Shown: positions 1 through 9,466 of the stretch, piece by piece | Layout of the letters: each line of letters begins with the position of its first letter | How positions within the stretch are numbered: the stretch's first letter is position 1 | IMG/VR virus record: IMGVR_UViG_3300020045_001834 | Span: 1-31,858 of that record | DNA length: 31,858 bases | Reading direction: 5' to 3' (one strand) | From: a virus | Lineage: Duplodnaviria > Caudoviricetes | Position numbers and translations under genes: made by a program | Notes under the pieces: model-generated | The model's database searches: none | What the model was told of the DNA's origin: nothing | Seen by the model: only the letters and a program-made list of their open reading frames with translations

Positions 1-1
1 A

Positions 2-469
2 GAAATGCTGCGGATTGCCGATGAATGTGGGCGTCCATATATCGTGTTTGAGAACGTCTCGCGGCTTCTCAGCGGCCCATCGGAAGACCTTGGCGCGTGG
101 TTCGGTGAGTTTCTCTACTCGCTGGCCGATTGCGGGTATGATGCGGAATGGTTCAATCTCACCGCTTCCGCCGCTGGTGGACCGCATGAAAGAAAGCGCG
201 TGTGTGTGGTTGCCTACCCCAACGAAGCACCTATCGAGAGAGGGGGCATATCCCGCAGAGTACACCAGGAACACGCCAACATTGACCGCACAACTAGCTG
301 GTGGGGGTGGGATTGCGGCCCCGAACGCAGAGTATATCGAGTGGATGATGGGGTTTCCCTTGGGGCACACAGAATCCGCAGTGGAATAATGGGTAATGCT
401 ATCGTGCCTCCGGTTTTTGCTATAGTGATGCGGGCGCTACGTGATGCACATATTGAGGCTGTGGAATGA
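2..469 (+). CDS. C5 cytosine DNA methyltransferase, alpha polypeptide, 5'-truncated by window edge
   Basis: Motif VI (FENV), motif VIII (PHERKRVCVVAY) and motif X (MGNAIVPP) present; frame open to window start; no motif IX in this frame. Confidence 0.85.
   Translation, partial: EMLRIADECGRPYIVFENVSRLLSGPSEDLGAWFGEFLYSLADCGYDAEWFNLTASAAGGPHERKRVCVVAYPNEAPIERGGISRRVHQEHANIDRTTSWWGWDCGPERRVYRVDDGVSLGAHRIRSGIMGNAIVPPVFAIVMRALRDAHIEAVE
3..389 (+). CDS. Overlapping alternative-frame polypeptide carrying C5-MTase motif IX (putative beta subunit); start uncertain
   Basis: Stop-free frame inside the MTase gene with WPIAGMMRNG, WLPTP and NAEYIEWMMGFPLGHT (motif IX-like). Confidence 0.7.
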   Translation, partial: KCCGLPMNVGVHISCLRTSRGFSAAHRKTLARGSVSFSTRWPIAGMMRNGSISPLPPLVDRMKESACVWLPTPTKHLSREGAYPAEYTRNTPTLTAQLAGGGGIAAPNAEYIEWMMGFPLGHTESAVE

Positions 470-3171
470 CAGAACCAACAAACAAATTCATAGACGCGAT
501 GAGGTCAGACGGGCTTGGGCCTGCCAACGTAGCTGACATCATCGCGGATGACACGCGGCGATACTACCAGATCGACGGGGATAAGCCCGGCGTGAAGAAA
601 GGCAGCTACGTGTTGCGTGTGGACCATGACGGTTTCGCGGTGGGCGGTTACATGTCGATGCGCGATGGTCTGTGGCATCCGTGGCATAGTAAATCCAAGC
701 GCGGTATGACGGATGACGAAAAGGCGGCATGGCAGGTAAGGCGCGATCAAGCCAAGGCGGATGCTGTGGCACGTGATGCGGATATGAGGGCAAAGGCCGC
801 AGATACGGCACAGCGGCAATGGGGCGAGGCTGTAGGGGCCACCTCGCATCCCTACGCAACACGCAAGCACATGCGACTGGACGGCCTGCGTGTGTGGCTG
901 GACGATGTGCTGTTGGTGCCAGCGTACAAAGCTGGCGTGATGGTGGGTTTGCAACGGATCACGCCGGATGGTGACAAGCTGTTCACACCGGGCGCTGAGA
1001 TGGCTGGGGCGTCGGTGTGGGTCGGTGCCGCGCCTGATGCCGGTTACCGTGGCGTGGTGGCGGTTGGAGAGGGTTACGCCACATGTGACAGCGTAGGGCA
1101 GGCGACGGGCTGGCCGGTGTGTGTGGCGTTTAACGCGGGGAACCTGCGAGCGGTGGTTGCGCAGGTACGTAGCGACTACCCGGATGGTAGGTTGGTAGTG
1201 CTAGCTGATGAGGATAGGCACACGTGGGATGCTAAGCACCGGACTAAGCGTCCTGATGTGTTGCCATCGCTGGATGCGCCGGAATGGGATGAGTGGCGCG
1301 CGGCTGGCTGGCTCAAGAACGTGGGCCGGATCGCTGCGGAACAGGCTGCGGCGGCTGTGGGTGGCGCTCAGGTGCTAGGGGTGGCGGAAGGCGGCGACTG
1401 GAATGACTTGCATGTGACTGCGGGGCTGGATGCTGTGCGTGACAGGCTGTTGCCGCCGGTTGACGTGCCAATGATGGAGTGGGAACCTGTAACGTATGAT
1501 GGCGGCAACGTGTTGGAAGATTTCAACACACTGACGCCGATTGAACAGGTGAACGAGGAGGTGAGGCCGCAGGGGTATGTGGGGAAGGTTTACTATTTCT
1601 TCCCGCGTAGCACGGGGGATATTGAGAGTTTGACAACCGGCGACCTTAAGTCAGACCTGAACCTGTATCACCTAGCAAGGGAATCGTTCTGGAAGAAATT
1701 CTTTGATGACCCTGAGAAGACCACCGGCAAAGAGGTGGTGACGATGTTTTCACCCAAGCTGATGGAGTTGTGCAAGGACAAGGGCAAGTTCGACGCTGAT
1801 CGGGTCATGTCAACTGGCGTATGGCGGGATAACGATAGCGGTATTGTTGCGAACATGGGTAATACGCTGTACATCCCCGGTCGCGGCATGGTTGATCATT
1901 CCGACTATGTGAATGATAAGGTTTATGTCGCGGCCCCGAAAACAGTTGACTTGAATTGCGATGCGTTGAAGAATTCAGATGCGGTAAAGCTTCGTCAGAT
2001 TTGCGAATCGCTGAACTGGAAACACAAGATCAGCGGTTCATTGCTGGCTGGCTGGATTTACGCGGCTGTTCTGTCTGGTGTGCTTCGATGGAGGCCACAT
2101 ATTTTCATCACGGGCGGCAAGGGCAGCGGTAAGACAACCGTGATGCGTGATGTGGTTAAGGTCGCATTGAATGGATGGTCAACCAACGCGGACGGCGGCA
2201 CAACTGCGGCAGGTTTCAGGAAGAAGCTGGGCAACAAATCAAGCCCGGTGGTTAGCGACGAGATGGAGACTGAAACGGACGGTCAGCGCAAGAATGCGGA
2301 CGATGTGCTGTTTCTGGCACGACAGTCGAGCAGCGGGGCGGAATATAGCAACGCATATGTTGACATTACCGTGCATAGCTGTTTCTGTTTCGGCGGTATC
2401 AGCCCGAACATCAAGAACGGGGCAGACAAGGACCGGATTACCATCATGGAACTGGTGCCAGATCGCGCGCCGGGTTTCCGTGCACGGTGGAAGGAAAAGG
2501 AAAAGGCAATCAAGGACACGATCACGCAGGATTACGGGCGGCGTCTGGTAAAGCGGGCTATTGACAACGCGGCTGTGTATCTTGAAAACTTGGAGGTATT
2601 CGAGGATGAATTGGCGGACTTGCTTGGTTCGTCTCGGTCTGCGGAACAATTCGCGCCGATGATTGCGGGCCTGTACTCACTCCACAGCACAGGCCGGATT
2701 GATCGCAAGCGCGCTGGTGAGTGGGTACGCGAACAAGATTGGGAGTTTTTCCGCGAGGATGAAGAAGGGTCGGACGCCGAGAAGATGGTTTCACACCTGA
2801 TGACAGCTATGGCTGAATATACCGTTGCGGATAGGACGAACCGTGTTAGTGTGAGTGCCTTGATTGCGATGGTCAAGGATGGCGGTATTGCCTCGCATGG
2901 GGCGGCTAGCAGCTTGGGCAGGTACGGCTTGCGAGTGGATGGTGATTGGCTTGTGGTGGCTAATAGCAAGTCGCGGATTGGGGAGTTAATGAAGGACACG
3001 GCATGGGCTGTTCCGAAGAACACTTTGGGTCGGTATCCCGGTGCTGAGAGTGTCGGTACAACTTACTTTGCGGCTGGTGTGGTTAGTCGGGGTATTCGTA
3101 TCCCGCTTGCTGGACTGATTGATGGGCATGTGGTAGACGAGGTGGAATTGGCTTTGGAGGGGTGGGAATGA
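466..3171 (+). CDS. Bifunctional primase-helicase (TOPRIM primase plus C-terminal P-loop NTPase)
   Basis: TOPRIM motifs GEGYAT, LADED, DWNDL; Walker A GGKGSGKTT; Walker B VVSDE; ATGA overlap with upstream gene. Confidence 0.85.
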   Translation: MTEPTNKFIDAMRSDGLGPANVADIIADDTRRYYQIDGDKPGVKKGSYVLRVDHDGFAVGGYMSMRDGLWHPWHSKSKRGMTDDEKAAWQVRRDQAKADAVARDADMRAKAADTAQRQWGEAVGATSHPYATRKHMRLDGLRVWLDDVLLVPAYKAGVMVGLQRITPDGDKLFTPGAEMAGASVWVGAAPDAGYRGVVAVGEGYATCDSVGQATGWPVCVAFNAGNLRAVVAQVRSDYPDGRLVVLADEDRHTWDAKHRTKRPDVLPSLDAPEWDEWRAAGWLKNVGRIAAEQAAAAVGGAQVLGVAEGGDWNDLHVTAGLDAVRDRLLPPVDVPMMEWEPVTYDGGNVLEDFNTLTPIEQVNEEVRPQGYVGKVYYFFPRSTGDIESLTTGDLKSDLNLYHLARESFWKKFFDDPEKTTGKEVVTMFSPKLMELCKDKGKFDADRVMSTGVWRDNDSGIVANMGNTLYIPGRGMVDHSDYVNDKVYVAAPKTVDLNCDALKNSDAVKLRQICESLNWKHKISGSLLAGWIYAAVLSGVLRWRPHIFITGGKGSGKTTVMRDVVKVALNGWSTNADGGTTAAGFRKKLGNKSSPVVSDEMETETDGQRKNADDVLFLARQSSSGAEYSNAYVDITVHSCFCFGGISPNIKNGADKDRITIMELVPDRAPGFRARWKEKEKAIKDTITQDYGRRLVKRAIDNAAVYLENLEVFEDELADLLGSSRSAEQFAPMIAGLYSLHSTGRIDRKRAGEWVREQDWEFFREDEEGSDAEKMVSHLMTAMAEYTVADRTNRVSVSALIAMVKDGGIASHGAASSLGRYGLRVDGDWLVVANSKSRIGELMKDTAWAVPKNTLGRYPGAESVGTTYFAAGVVSRGIRIPLAGLIDGHVVDEVELALEGWE

Positions 3172-4556
3172 GTTTGCTTGAATACAGGGAGTTTATCTCT
3201 CGTAGGGCAGTCGCACATGGTGGCAGTGGTTTTAAGCCTGACGCCATGAATGAAAAGATGAAGGTTCACCAGCGATCCGTTGTTGAATTTGCTTTGGATA
3301 AGGGTAAGTCGGCAGCTTTCCTTGATACTGGATTGGGCAAGAGCTTGATCGAATTGGAGTTCGCGCATCAGTGCGCGGAATATACAGGCAAGCCGAGCCT
3401 TATCTTGACCCCGCTAGCTGTTGCTGGTCAGATGGTGCGAGAGGGCCAGAAATTCGGAATTGACGCGCGACAGATCAGGGAAGCCGATGAAGTTGGCACT
3501 GGCGTTATGGTGGCGAATTATGAGCGGCTTGGAAAGCTGGAACCAAGCCAGTTTGGCGCTATTGTTCTGGACGAGAGCAGCATCTTGAAGTCGTTTAACG
3601 GTAAAACAAGAACGATGCTGGTTGATGCATTCGGGGAGTGCGAATTTAAACTTGCCGCAACCGCAACACCTAGCCCAAACGACCATATGGAACTTGGCAA
3701 CCATGCAGAGTTTCTAGGCGTCATGCGTCAGCAGGAAATGCTATCCAAATGGTTCATCAATGACACGTCAACCGCATCGCAAGAATGGCGATTGAAGGGC
3801 CATGCGCGCGATGACTTCTGGCAGTGGGTTGCGAGTTGGAGCCGATGCGCTACCATGCCCAGTGATTTGGGTGGCGATGATACGGGATATTCACTGCCTG
3901 ATGTTATCCGTAATCTGCATACGGTTGACGCTGATCGAAGCAATGACACTGATGGAAACCTGTTCCGCATTCCAGAACTGTCCGCTACCAGCTTTCATGC
4001 TGAAAAGCGCAACACCATGTCAATGAGGTGTGAAAAGGCCGCCGAACTCGCTAACTCACATGGAAATCCTGTAACCGTGTGGTGTGAGGGTAATGAAGAA
4101 AGCGCATTGCTTGCAAAGATGATAGATGGCGCTGTTGAACTTCGCGGCGATCAAAAGCCGGAAGAAAAGGAACGCATCATTCTTGGCTTTCTGAATGGTG
4201 AGTTTAGGGTTCTGGTGACAAAGCCTAAACTTGCAGGTTTCGGGCTGAACTTTCAACATTGCGCCCATGCTGTATTTGCGAGTATCAGTTACAGCTATGA
4301 ACAGCATTATCAGGCAGTCAGGCGCTCGCATCGGTTCGGACAGTTGCAGCAGGTTGTAAACGATATTGTTGTTTCGGATACCGAGATGCAGATTTGGAAT
4401 TTGATCAATGAGAAGGCAAGTAAGCACGGGGAAATGAAAGTAGCAATGGCAGACGCAATGAAGAAAGCGCAATCGCAAACCAAACGAATGATTGCATATG
4501 ATCGGCCACTTGATTTATGGTTTCCTGAATGGGTTAAGTCGGAGGTGATGGCGTGA
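3168..4556 (+). CDS. SNF2-like SF2 helicase/ATPase
   Basis: DTGLGKS, LDESSILK, TATPSPND, GFGLNFQ, QAVRRSHRFGQ; start placed at ATGA overlap with primase stop. Confidence 0.88.
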   Translation: MSLLEYREFISRRAVAHGGSGFKPDAMNEKMKVHQRSVVEFALDKGKSAAFLDTGLGKSLIELEFAHQCAEYTGKPSLILTPLAVAGQMVREGQKFGIDARQIREADEVGTGVMVANYERLGKLEPSQFGAIVLDESSILKSFNGKTRTMLVDAFGECEFKLAATATPSPNDHMELGNHAEFLGVMRQQEMLSKWFINDTSTASQEWRLKGHARDDFWQWVASWSRCATMPSDLGGDDTGYSLPDVIRNLHTVDADRSNDTDGNLFRIPELSATSFHAEKRNTMSMRCEKAAELANSHGNPVTVWCEGNEESALLAKMIDGAVELRGDQKPEEKERIILGFLNGEFRVLVTKPKLAGFGLNFQHCAHAVFASISYSYEQHYQAVRRSHRFGQLQQVVNDIVVSDTEMQIWNLINEKASKHGEMKVAMADAMKKAQSQTKRMIAYDRPLDLWFPEWVKSEVMA

Positions 4557-5167
4557 AATTATCGCAAGATGAATTGCAATCTTTGTATTGGGATGAAGGT
4601 TTATCTTGCGTAGATATCGGCTATATGGTTTCGCGCGATCCAAAGACTGTTTGGGCTTGGATGAAATCCTACGGTATGTCAACGCGGCCAAGGGGATCAG
4701 ATGAACGTCAACAGTTTGGCAAAGGTAAGGAAATAGCGCGTGGGTGGTTTCACACGGACGAAACAAAAGAAAAAATAAGGCAAGCAAGAATTGCAGACGG
4801 TTCAAAAGGGCTTTTCAAAGCGAATGGTGATCACATTATGAAAGGCAGGAAGGGGGCCGATCATCCATCTTGGCAGGGCGGAACAACTCCTATCAGGCAA
4901 AAATTCTATTCTTCGGATGAATGGAAATCAGCTTGCGTTACTGTGTGGCGAAGAGACGATGCAATATGCCAGCGTTGCAAAATAGACCACAGAACCATCA
5001 ACCGTGAAGAAATGAAGTTTCACGTTCACCACATATATGGATTTACGCGGTTTCCTGAATTGCGCGCAGATCCGAATAATCTTGTCCTCCTATGCGAAAC
5101 GTGTCATAGGTGGGTTCATGGTAAAGAAAACGTCAATAAGGAGTGGATTGGCAATGAAGAAACCTGA
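4553..5167 (+). CDS. Free-standing HNH endonuclease with N-terminal HTH-like and NUMOD3-like segments
   Basis: CQRC...HVHHI...NLVLLCETCHRWVH HNH/zinc pattern; HTDETKEKIRQAR NUMOD3-like motif; GTGA overlap start. Confidence 0.85.
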   Translation: MKLSQDELQSLYWDEGLSCVDIGYMVSRDPKTVWAWMKSYGMSTRPRGSDERQQFGKGKEIARGWFHTDETKEKIRQARIADGSKGLFKANGDHIMKGRKGADHPSWQGGTTPIRQKFYSSDEWKSACVTVWRRDDAICQRCKIDHRTINREEMKFHVHHIYGFTRFPELRADPNNLVLLCETCHRWVHGKENVNKEWIGNEET

Positions 5168-6140
5168 GTATAATGGCAACGGTTGGGCGCTGCATAACAG
5201 TGATTGTATTGAGGGTATGTGGGCTATGCCGGAGGGTAGTGTTGATCTTTCAATCTTTTCTCCCCCTTTCGGGGATTTATTCGTGTATTCCGACAGCGAA
5301 CGCGACCTAGGAAATGCTGGCACTGGTCAGAAATTCCTAAACCAATACAAGTTTTTTGCTGAGGCAATTGAACGTGTAATGAAGCCGGGCCGTATCATTT
5401 GCGTTCATTGCACAGACCTGCCGATGCGCAAGGGGCGAGATGGCGCGATTGGATTGCAAGACTTCTCGGGCGATCTTATCAAGGCGCATACTGATGCTGG
5501 CATGATCTACCATGGCCGCACTACGATCTGGAAAGACCCGGTAGTGGAGATGCAGCGCACGAAAGCACTTGGCTTGCTGTATAAGCAAATCCGTAAAGAC
5601 AGCGCAATGAACCGAGTGGGGATGCCTGATTACATGCTGTTCTTTCGTAAGGATGGCGATAACCCAGACCGAATCGAACATACTGCGGTAGGAGACAGTG
5701 CGGCAGTTGTGATCGCGCGCAAGTGGCTGGAATTCATGCGCCGCGATGGGTTGGTGTCGTCTGTGCCTGATGATGAAGTAATTGCTGCATTGTTGCCGTA
5801 TGTCGAAATGGACGTGTACGAGTGGCAGAAACTTGCAAGCCCTGTGTGGATGAATATCGATCAAGGCAAGGTGCTGAATGGGTACCGGAAAGCCAAGGGT
5901 GTTGCCGACGAACGCCATGTATGCCCACTTCAGTTGGATACAATCGAGCGTTGTTTGCGCCTTTATAGCAAGCCGGGGGATGTGGTGATGGACCCATTCA
6001 ACGGCATCGGATCAACGGGATATGTGGCGCTACAGCATATGCGGAGATATGTGGGATTTGAGCTTAAGAGTGAATATGCGGCACAAGCTGGGTTGAATTT
6101 GGCAGAAGCGGAAAAAATGGCTGGCGACCTTTTCGCATGA
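5154..6140 (+). CDS. Beta-class amino-DNA methyltransferase (N4-cytosine or N6-adenine)
   Basis: Catalytic FSPPF precedes SAM-binding MDPFNGIGSTG; HVCPLQLD; SD aaggag at 5138-5143 supports ATG 5154. Confidence 0.9.
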   Translation: MKKPEYNGNGWALHNSDCIEGMWAMPEGSVDLSIFSPPFGDLFVYSDSERDLGNAGTGQKFLNQYKFFAEAIERVMKPGRIICVHCTDLPMRKGRDGAIGLQDFSGDLIKAHTDAGMIYHGRTTIWKDPVVEMQRTKALGLLYKQIRKDSAMNRVGMPDYMLFFRKDGDNPDRIEHTAVGDSAAVVIARKWLEFMRRDGLVSSVPDDEVIAALLPYVEMDVYEWQKLASPVWMNIDQGKVLNGYRKAKGVADERHVCPLQLDTIERCLRLYSKPGDVVMDPFNGIGSTGYVALQHMRRYVGFELKSEYAAQAGLNLAEAEKMAGDLFA

Positions 6141-7603
6141 TAACCCTATATGATGACCAACAAGAGACGGTGCGCGATGTGCGCGCCGCCTTTGCGGATG
6201 GGCACCAGACGGTTATCCTGCAAAGCCCTACAGGCAGCGGCAAGTCTCGCATGGGCGCTTATATGGCGGCTGGCGCTATTGCAAAGGGCGCAACTGTTCT
6301 GTTTGATGTGCCTATGAAAGAACTCAGAAAACAAATCGGCAACACATTCCGCGACGTTGGGATTGACCACAGCTATATTGCCAGCGGTCAGAAATACAAT
6401 CCGTTTTCGTCGGCTTGGATCAGCACCACGCCAACAATTGCTGGCAGGCTGGATCGAGTGCCAAGGATCAAGTTTGCGTTGATTGATGAGGGCCATCAAG
6501 GAGGCGCAGGCAGGGATAAACTCAAGGAATGGCTGCGGGCGCAGGGTGCTAAAATCCTGATCCTGACAGCCACGCCTGAGCGGTTGGATGGTAAACCAAT
6601 CGACGGGACTTGTGAACGTATCGTAATGGGTAAGTCAATCAAATGGCTGATAGAAAAAAAACGTCTGTCCGATTATCGGTTGTTCAGCCCAAACCAACCT
6701 GACCTTAGTGAGTTGCGCCGATCTAGTAGCGGTGAATATAATTCACAAGATGCGGCAAGCTTCATGGAAAGCCAGTCAGTAATTGTTGGCGATGCTGTCA
6801 GGCATTATCAACAGTTGGCTATGGGCATGCGAAATGTGAGTTATTGCGCGTCGATCAAACATAGCCAGATGGTTTGCCAATCGTTCAACGAAGCTGGTAT
6901 TCCAAGCGCGCATATTGATGGTGAAATGGATGATGCGCAACGGCTGCGGATAATTCGGGCGTTTGCGAGGCGGGAAATCCTGAACATCACGAATGCCGAC
7001 CTATTGCTGTATGGATTCGATTTGGCGGCGTCCAGCGGTGATAATAACGCGGTAGTCGAGAGTATTAGTGACTTGAAGCCTACTATGTCCAAAGCGATGC
7101 AGTTTCAAAAGCTAGGCCGTGCGCTAAGGATGAAGCCAAACGCTGCGATTATCTGCGATCATGCAGCGAATACGTTTAACGCGGATGGGTCAAGCAAGCA
7201 TGGGCTGCCATGCGCGCAGGTTGACTGGCAATGGCGTGGCCGCGAAAAACGACTAGGCGAGGGTAAGGAAAAGACTATCCCTGTGAGGCAGTGTCAGCAG
7301 TGTTACATGGTGCATCGCCCTAGCCCAGCATGCCCGAGTTGCGGTTTTGTGTATCCGGTGCTAGGTAGGACGCCGGAACAGATTGACGGTGAATTGGTGG
7401 AGGTTAGCCGCGAACAGGCTGCACAGGTTGCGAAGCAGGAACGGCAGGTGCAGGGGCGAGCTGATACGTTCGAGGCGCTACTAGAGTTGGAACGGCGTAA
7501 AGGAAATAAGCGAGGGTGGGCGGAAAATTTATGGAAGGCTCGGGGAAATCAGGGTCATGGACTGGCGCAAAGGAGGGTGAAGTGGGAATCGGTGAACAGG
7601 TGA
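6137..7603 (+). CDS. SF2 DExH helicase with C-terminal zinc ribbon (RadD/YejH-like)
   Basis: SPTGSGKS, IDEGH, TATPER, QKLGRALR; CQQC...CPSC zinc ribbon. Confidence 0.88.
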   Translation: MITLYDDQQETVRDVRAAFADGHQTVILQSPTGSGKSRMGAYMAAGAIAKGATVLFDVPMKELRKQIGNTFRDVGIDHSYIASGQKYNPFSSAWISTTPTIAGRLDRVPRIKFALIDEGHQGGAGRDKLKEWLRAQGAKILILTATPERLDGKPIDGTCERIVMGKSIKWLIEKKRLSDYRLFSPNQPDLSELRRSSSGEYNSQDAASFMESQSVIVGDAVRHYQQLAMGMRNVSYCASIKHSQMVCQSFNEAGIPSAHIDGEMDDAQRLRIIRAFARREILNITNADLLLYGFDLAASSGDNNAVVESISDLKPTMSKAMQFQKLGRALRMKPNAAIICDHAANTFNADGSSKHGLPCAQVDWQWRGREKRLGEGKEKTIPVRQCQQCYMVHRPSPACPSCGFVYPVLGRTPEQIDGELVEVSREQAAQVAKQERQVQGRADTFEALLELERRKGNKRGWAENLWKARGNQGHGLAQRRVKWESVNR

Positions 7604-8355
7604 AAGAAGGTGATACTATAGCCGTTTGGGTTTCATGCGGTGCTGCTAGTGCCGCAGCGGCAATTCTAACTTGCGCTAAGTATGGCAATATGTGTGATGT
7701 TAGGCTTTTGAATAATCCAATCAAAGAGGAACATGAAGACAACCAAAGATTTATACAAGACCTGTCCAAGCATTTAGGTCGTGAAATTGAGATTGTTATA
7801 AATCCAGACTGGCCGACATGCTCTATCTTCGATGTTTTTGAGAAGCGCAAGTTCATATCCTCGCCATATGGTGCGCCGTGCACTGGAGAGTTAAAGAAGA
7901 AAGCTAGACATCATTGGGAGTCAAAAAATAAAGCCGATTGGCATGTTATGGGTTTTACATACGACGAAAAGGACAGGCATGATAATTTTATTATTTCAGA
8001 GCGTGAGAACGTAATTCCTATTCTAATTGATCGGATGATGACAAAGGATGATTGCGGAAAGATGATGAACGCAATTGGCCTGAAAATGTCAGTTGCATAT
8101 GAATTAGGTATGCCAAATGCAAACTGTATAGGATGTGTAAAGGCTACTAGCGCAACTTACTGGAATCTGATTAGAAAAATTGCACCGGAAAGATTTTCAC
8201 ATCTTTGCGCTGTATCTAGAGACATTGGCGCTAAGTTGGTTAGGTGGAAGGGTGAGCGTATTTATCTTGATGAACTACCAGCACATGCAAAGGGTGGTGA
8301 TTTGAAGAAGATGAACTTGGATTGCGGATTCTTTTGTGAGGAGAAGTGGAAGTGA
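7600..8355 (+). CDS. PP-loop / PAPS-reductase-like protein
   Basis: N-terminal VWVSCGAASA PP-loop; APCTGELKK; GFTYDE; NANCIGCVKA; C-terminal DCGFFCE; GTGA overlap start. Confidence 0.7.
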   Translation: MKEGDTIAVWVSCGAASAAAAILTCAKYGNMCDVRLLNNPIKEEHEDNQRFIQDLSKHLGREIEIVINPDWPTCSIFDVFEKRKFISSPYGAPCTGELKKKARHHWESKNKADWHVMGFTYDEKDRHDNFIISERENVIPILIDRMMTKDDCGKMMNAIGLKMSVAYELGMPNANCIGCVKATSATYWNLIRKIAPERFSHLCAVSRDIGAKLVRWKGERIYLDELPAHAKGGDLKKMNLDCGFFCEEKWK

Positions 8356-8684
8356 TAAATCTTGTGAGCAAAGCCGGAAAATCTTGGGCCAGAATACACA
8401 TTGCCAGTGAATATGATCTAGCAAAAAAGTGTTTGATGGATTTTTGTGATTCTGGTTTTTGTGTATCTTTATCCAGATGTGATTACATTTATAAGTATGG
8501 AGTCGAGTCAGGAATTGTTGTCGGACTGATTGATTACCCTAGGTTTCCAAAGACGCAAGAAGAGATAAGTAGCATTGCTAGAGATATTGCACAAAAGCTA
8601 TGTGTTAATACAAATCAAGGAATTTATACTGTTGAACTTCCAACAGGAAATGAGTTTTATTCAAGGAGGGATTCTGAAGGATGA
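8352..8684 (+). CDS. Hypothetical phage protein
   Basis: ORF overlapping both neighbours (GTGA and ATGA); YIYxxGxExG...GLIDYPRFP segment; AT-rich like the upstream gene. Confidence 0.7.
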   Translation: MINLVSKAGKSWARIHIASEYDLAKKCLMDFCDSGFCVSLSRCDYIYKYGVESGIVVGLIDYPRFPKTQEEISSIARDIAQKLCVNTNQGIYTVELPTGNEFYSRRDSEG

Positions 8685-9001
8685 TCAGATCAGAAGCAAA
8701 TATCCTAAACGATTGCATGATTGCGCTTAGCAATGCGGGATGTCTTGTGTGGAGGAATAATGTCGGAGGATGGAAAGACCCCGCAACAGGCCGCGTGATC
8801 CGATACGGTGTTGGCGGCAAGGGCGGATCAGACCTACTGGGGGTCGCGCCAGACGGTCGGCTACTGGCGATCGAGACGAAAACAGCAACTGGCCGCATCA
8901 GGCCAGAACAGGAGTTATTCATCGCTGCGGTACGTTCGCGCGGTGGCCGGGCTGGCATTGCTAGATCGGCTGAGGATGCGGTGCGGATTGCGCTTGACTA
9001 G
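8681..9001 (+). CDS. VRR-NUC domain nuclease
   Basis: SEANI...WRNNVG...GGSDLLG...LAIETK...RPEQ PD-(D/E)xK pattern. Confidence 0.9.
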   Translation: MIRSEANILNDCMIALSNAGCLVWRNNVGGWKDPATGRVIRYGVGGKGGSDLLGVAPDGRLLAIETKTATGRIRPEQELFIAAVRSRGGRAGIARSAEDAVRIALD

Positions 9002-9022
9002 GGTGGTTGGGCGTGTTAAGGG
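8994..9022 (+). promoter_or_regulatory. Candidate sigma70-type promoter
   Basis: TTGACT-N17-TAAGGG with TGn extension; no hairpin; precedes SD ggaggg. Confidence 0.4.
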
Positions 9023-9052
9023 TTTGGGGACATAACCTTGGAGGGTGATACG

Positions 9053-9466
9053 ATGAAATACGAAGAAATCAAATGGGGCTGGAATACCATCGGCGGCATC
9101 GGTGATATCGTTGGAAAGGTTCCTGTTGAAATTACCACAAACACTTACGAAGACGTGATTTTCATGCGGTTTTCTGACAATACCGCATGCCGCTTTTATC
9201 ACGATCAAGATTGTTGCGAGAGTGTTGTGATTGATGACGTGAATGGAGATTTGCAAGACTTGATCGGCAATCCTATTCTTGTCGCAGAAGAAAGGGTAAA
9301 CGAAGACCCCGGAGAAGATGCTGACTACGATAGCCATACTTGGACGTTTTACACGTTTCGCGGTATCGGCGGCAGTGTTGACGTGAAATGGCATGGATCG
9401 AGTAATGGTTACTATTCTGAATCTGTTGACTTCCAGATGATCAATTTGCCGATGGGTGCAGCATGA
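9053..9466 (+). CDS. Conserved phage hypothetical protein (resembles DUF7448-type, from recall)
   Basis: YHDQDCCESV...DLIGNPILVAEE...TWTFY...SNGYYSE; SD ggaggg upstream. Confidence 0.75.
   Translation: MKYEEIKWGWNTIGGIGDIVGKVPVEITTNTYEDVIFMRFSDNTACRFYHDQDCCESVVIDDVNGDLQDLIGNPILVAEERVNEDPGEDADYDSHTWTFYTFRGIGGSVDVKWHGSSNGYYSESVDFQMINLPMGAA

Noticed and set aside
5037-5153. Upstream extensions in the ORF track (also 7516, 11883, 16496, 17257, 19521, 23825)
   Set aside because: Downstream starts have better SDs or stop/start overlaps and match where recognisable domains begin.
4500-5170. Group I intron around the HNH gene
   Set aside because: Flanking genes look complete and overlap the HNH directly, leaving no room for intron core elements.
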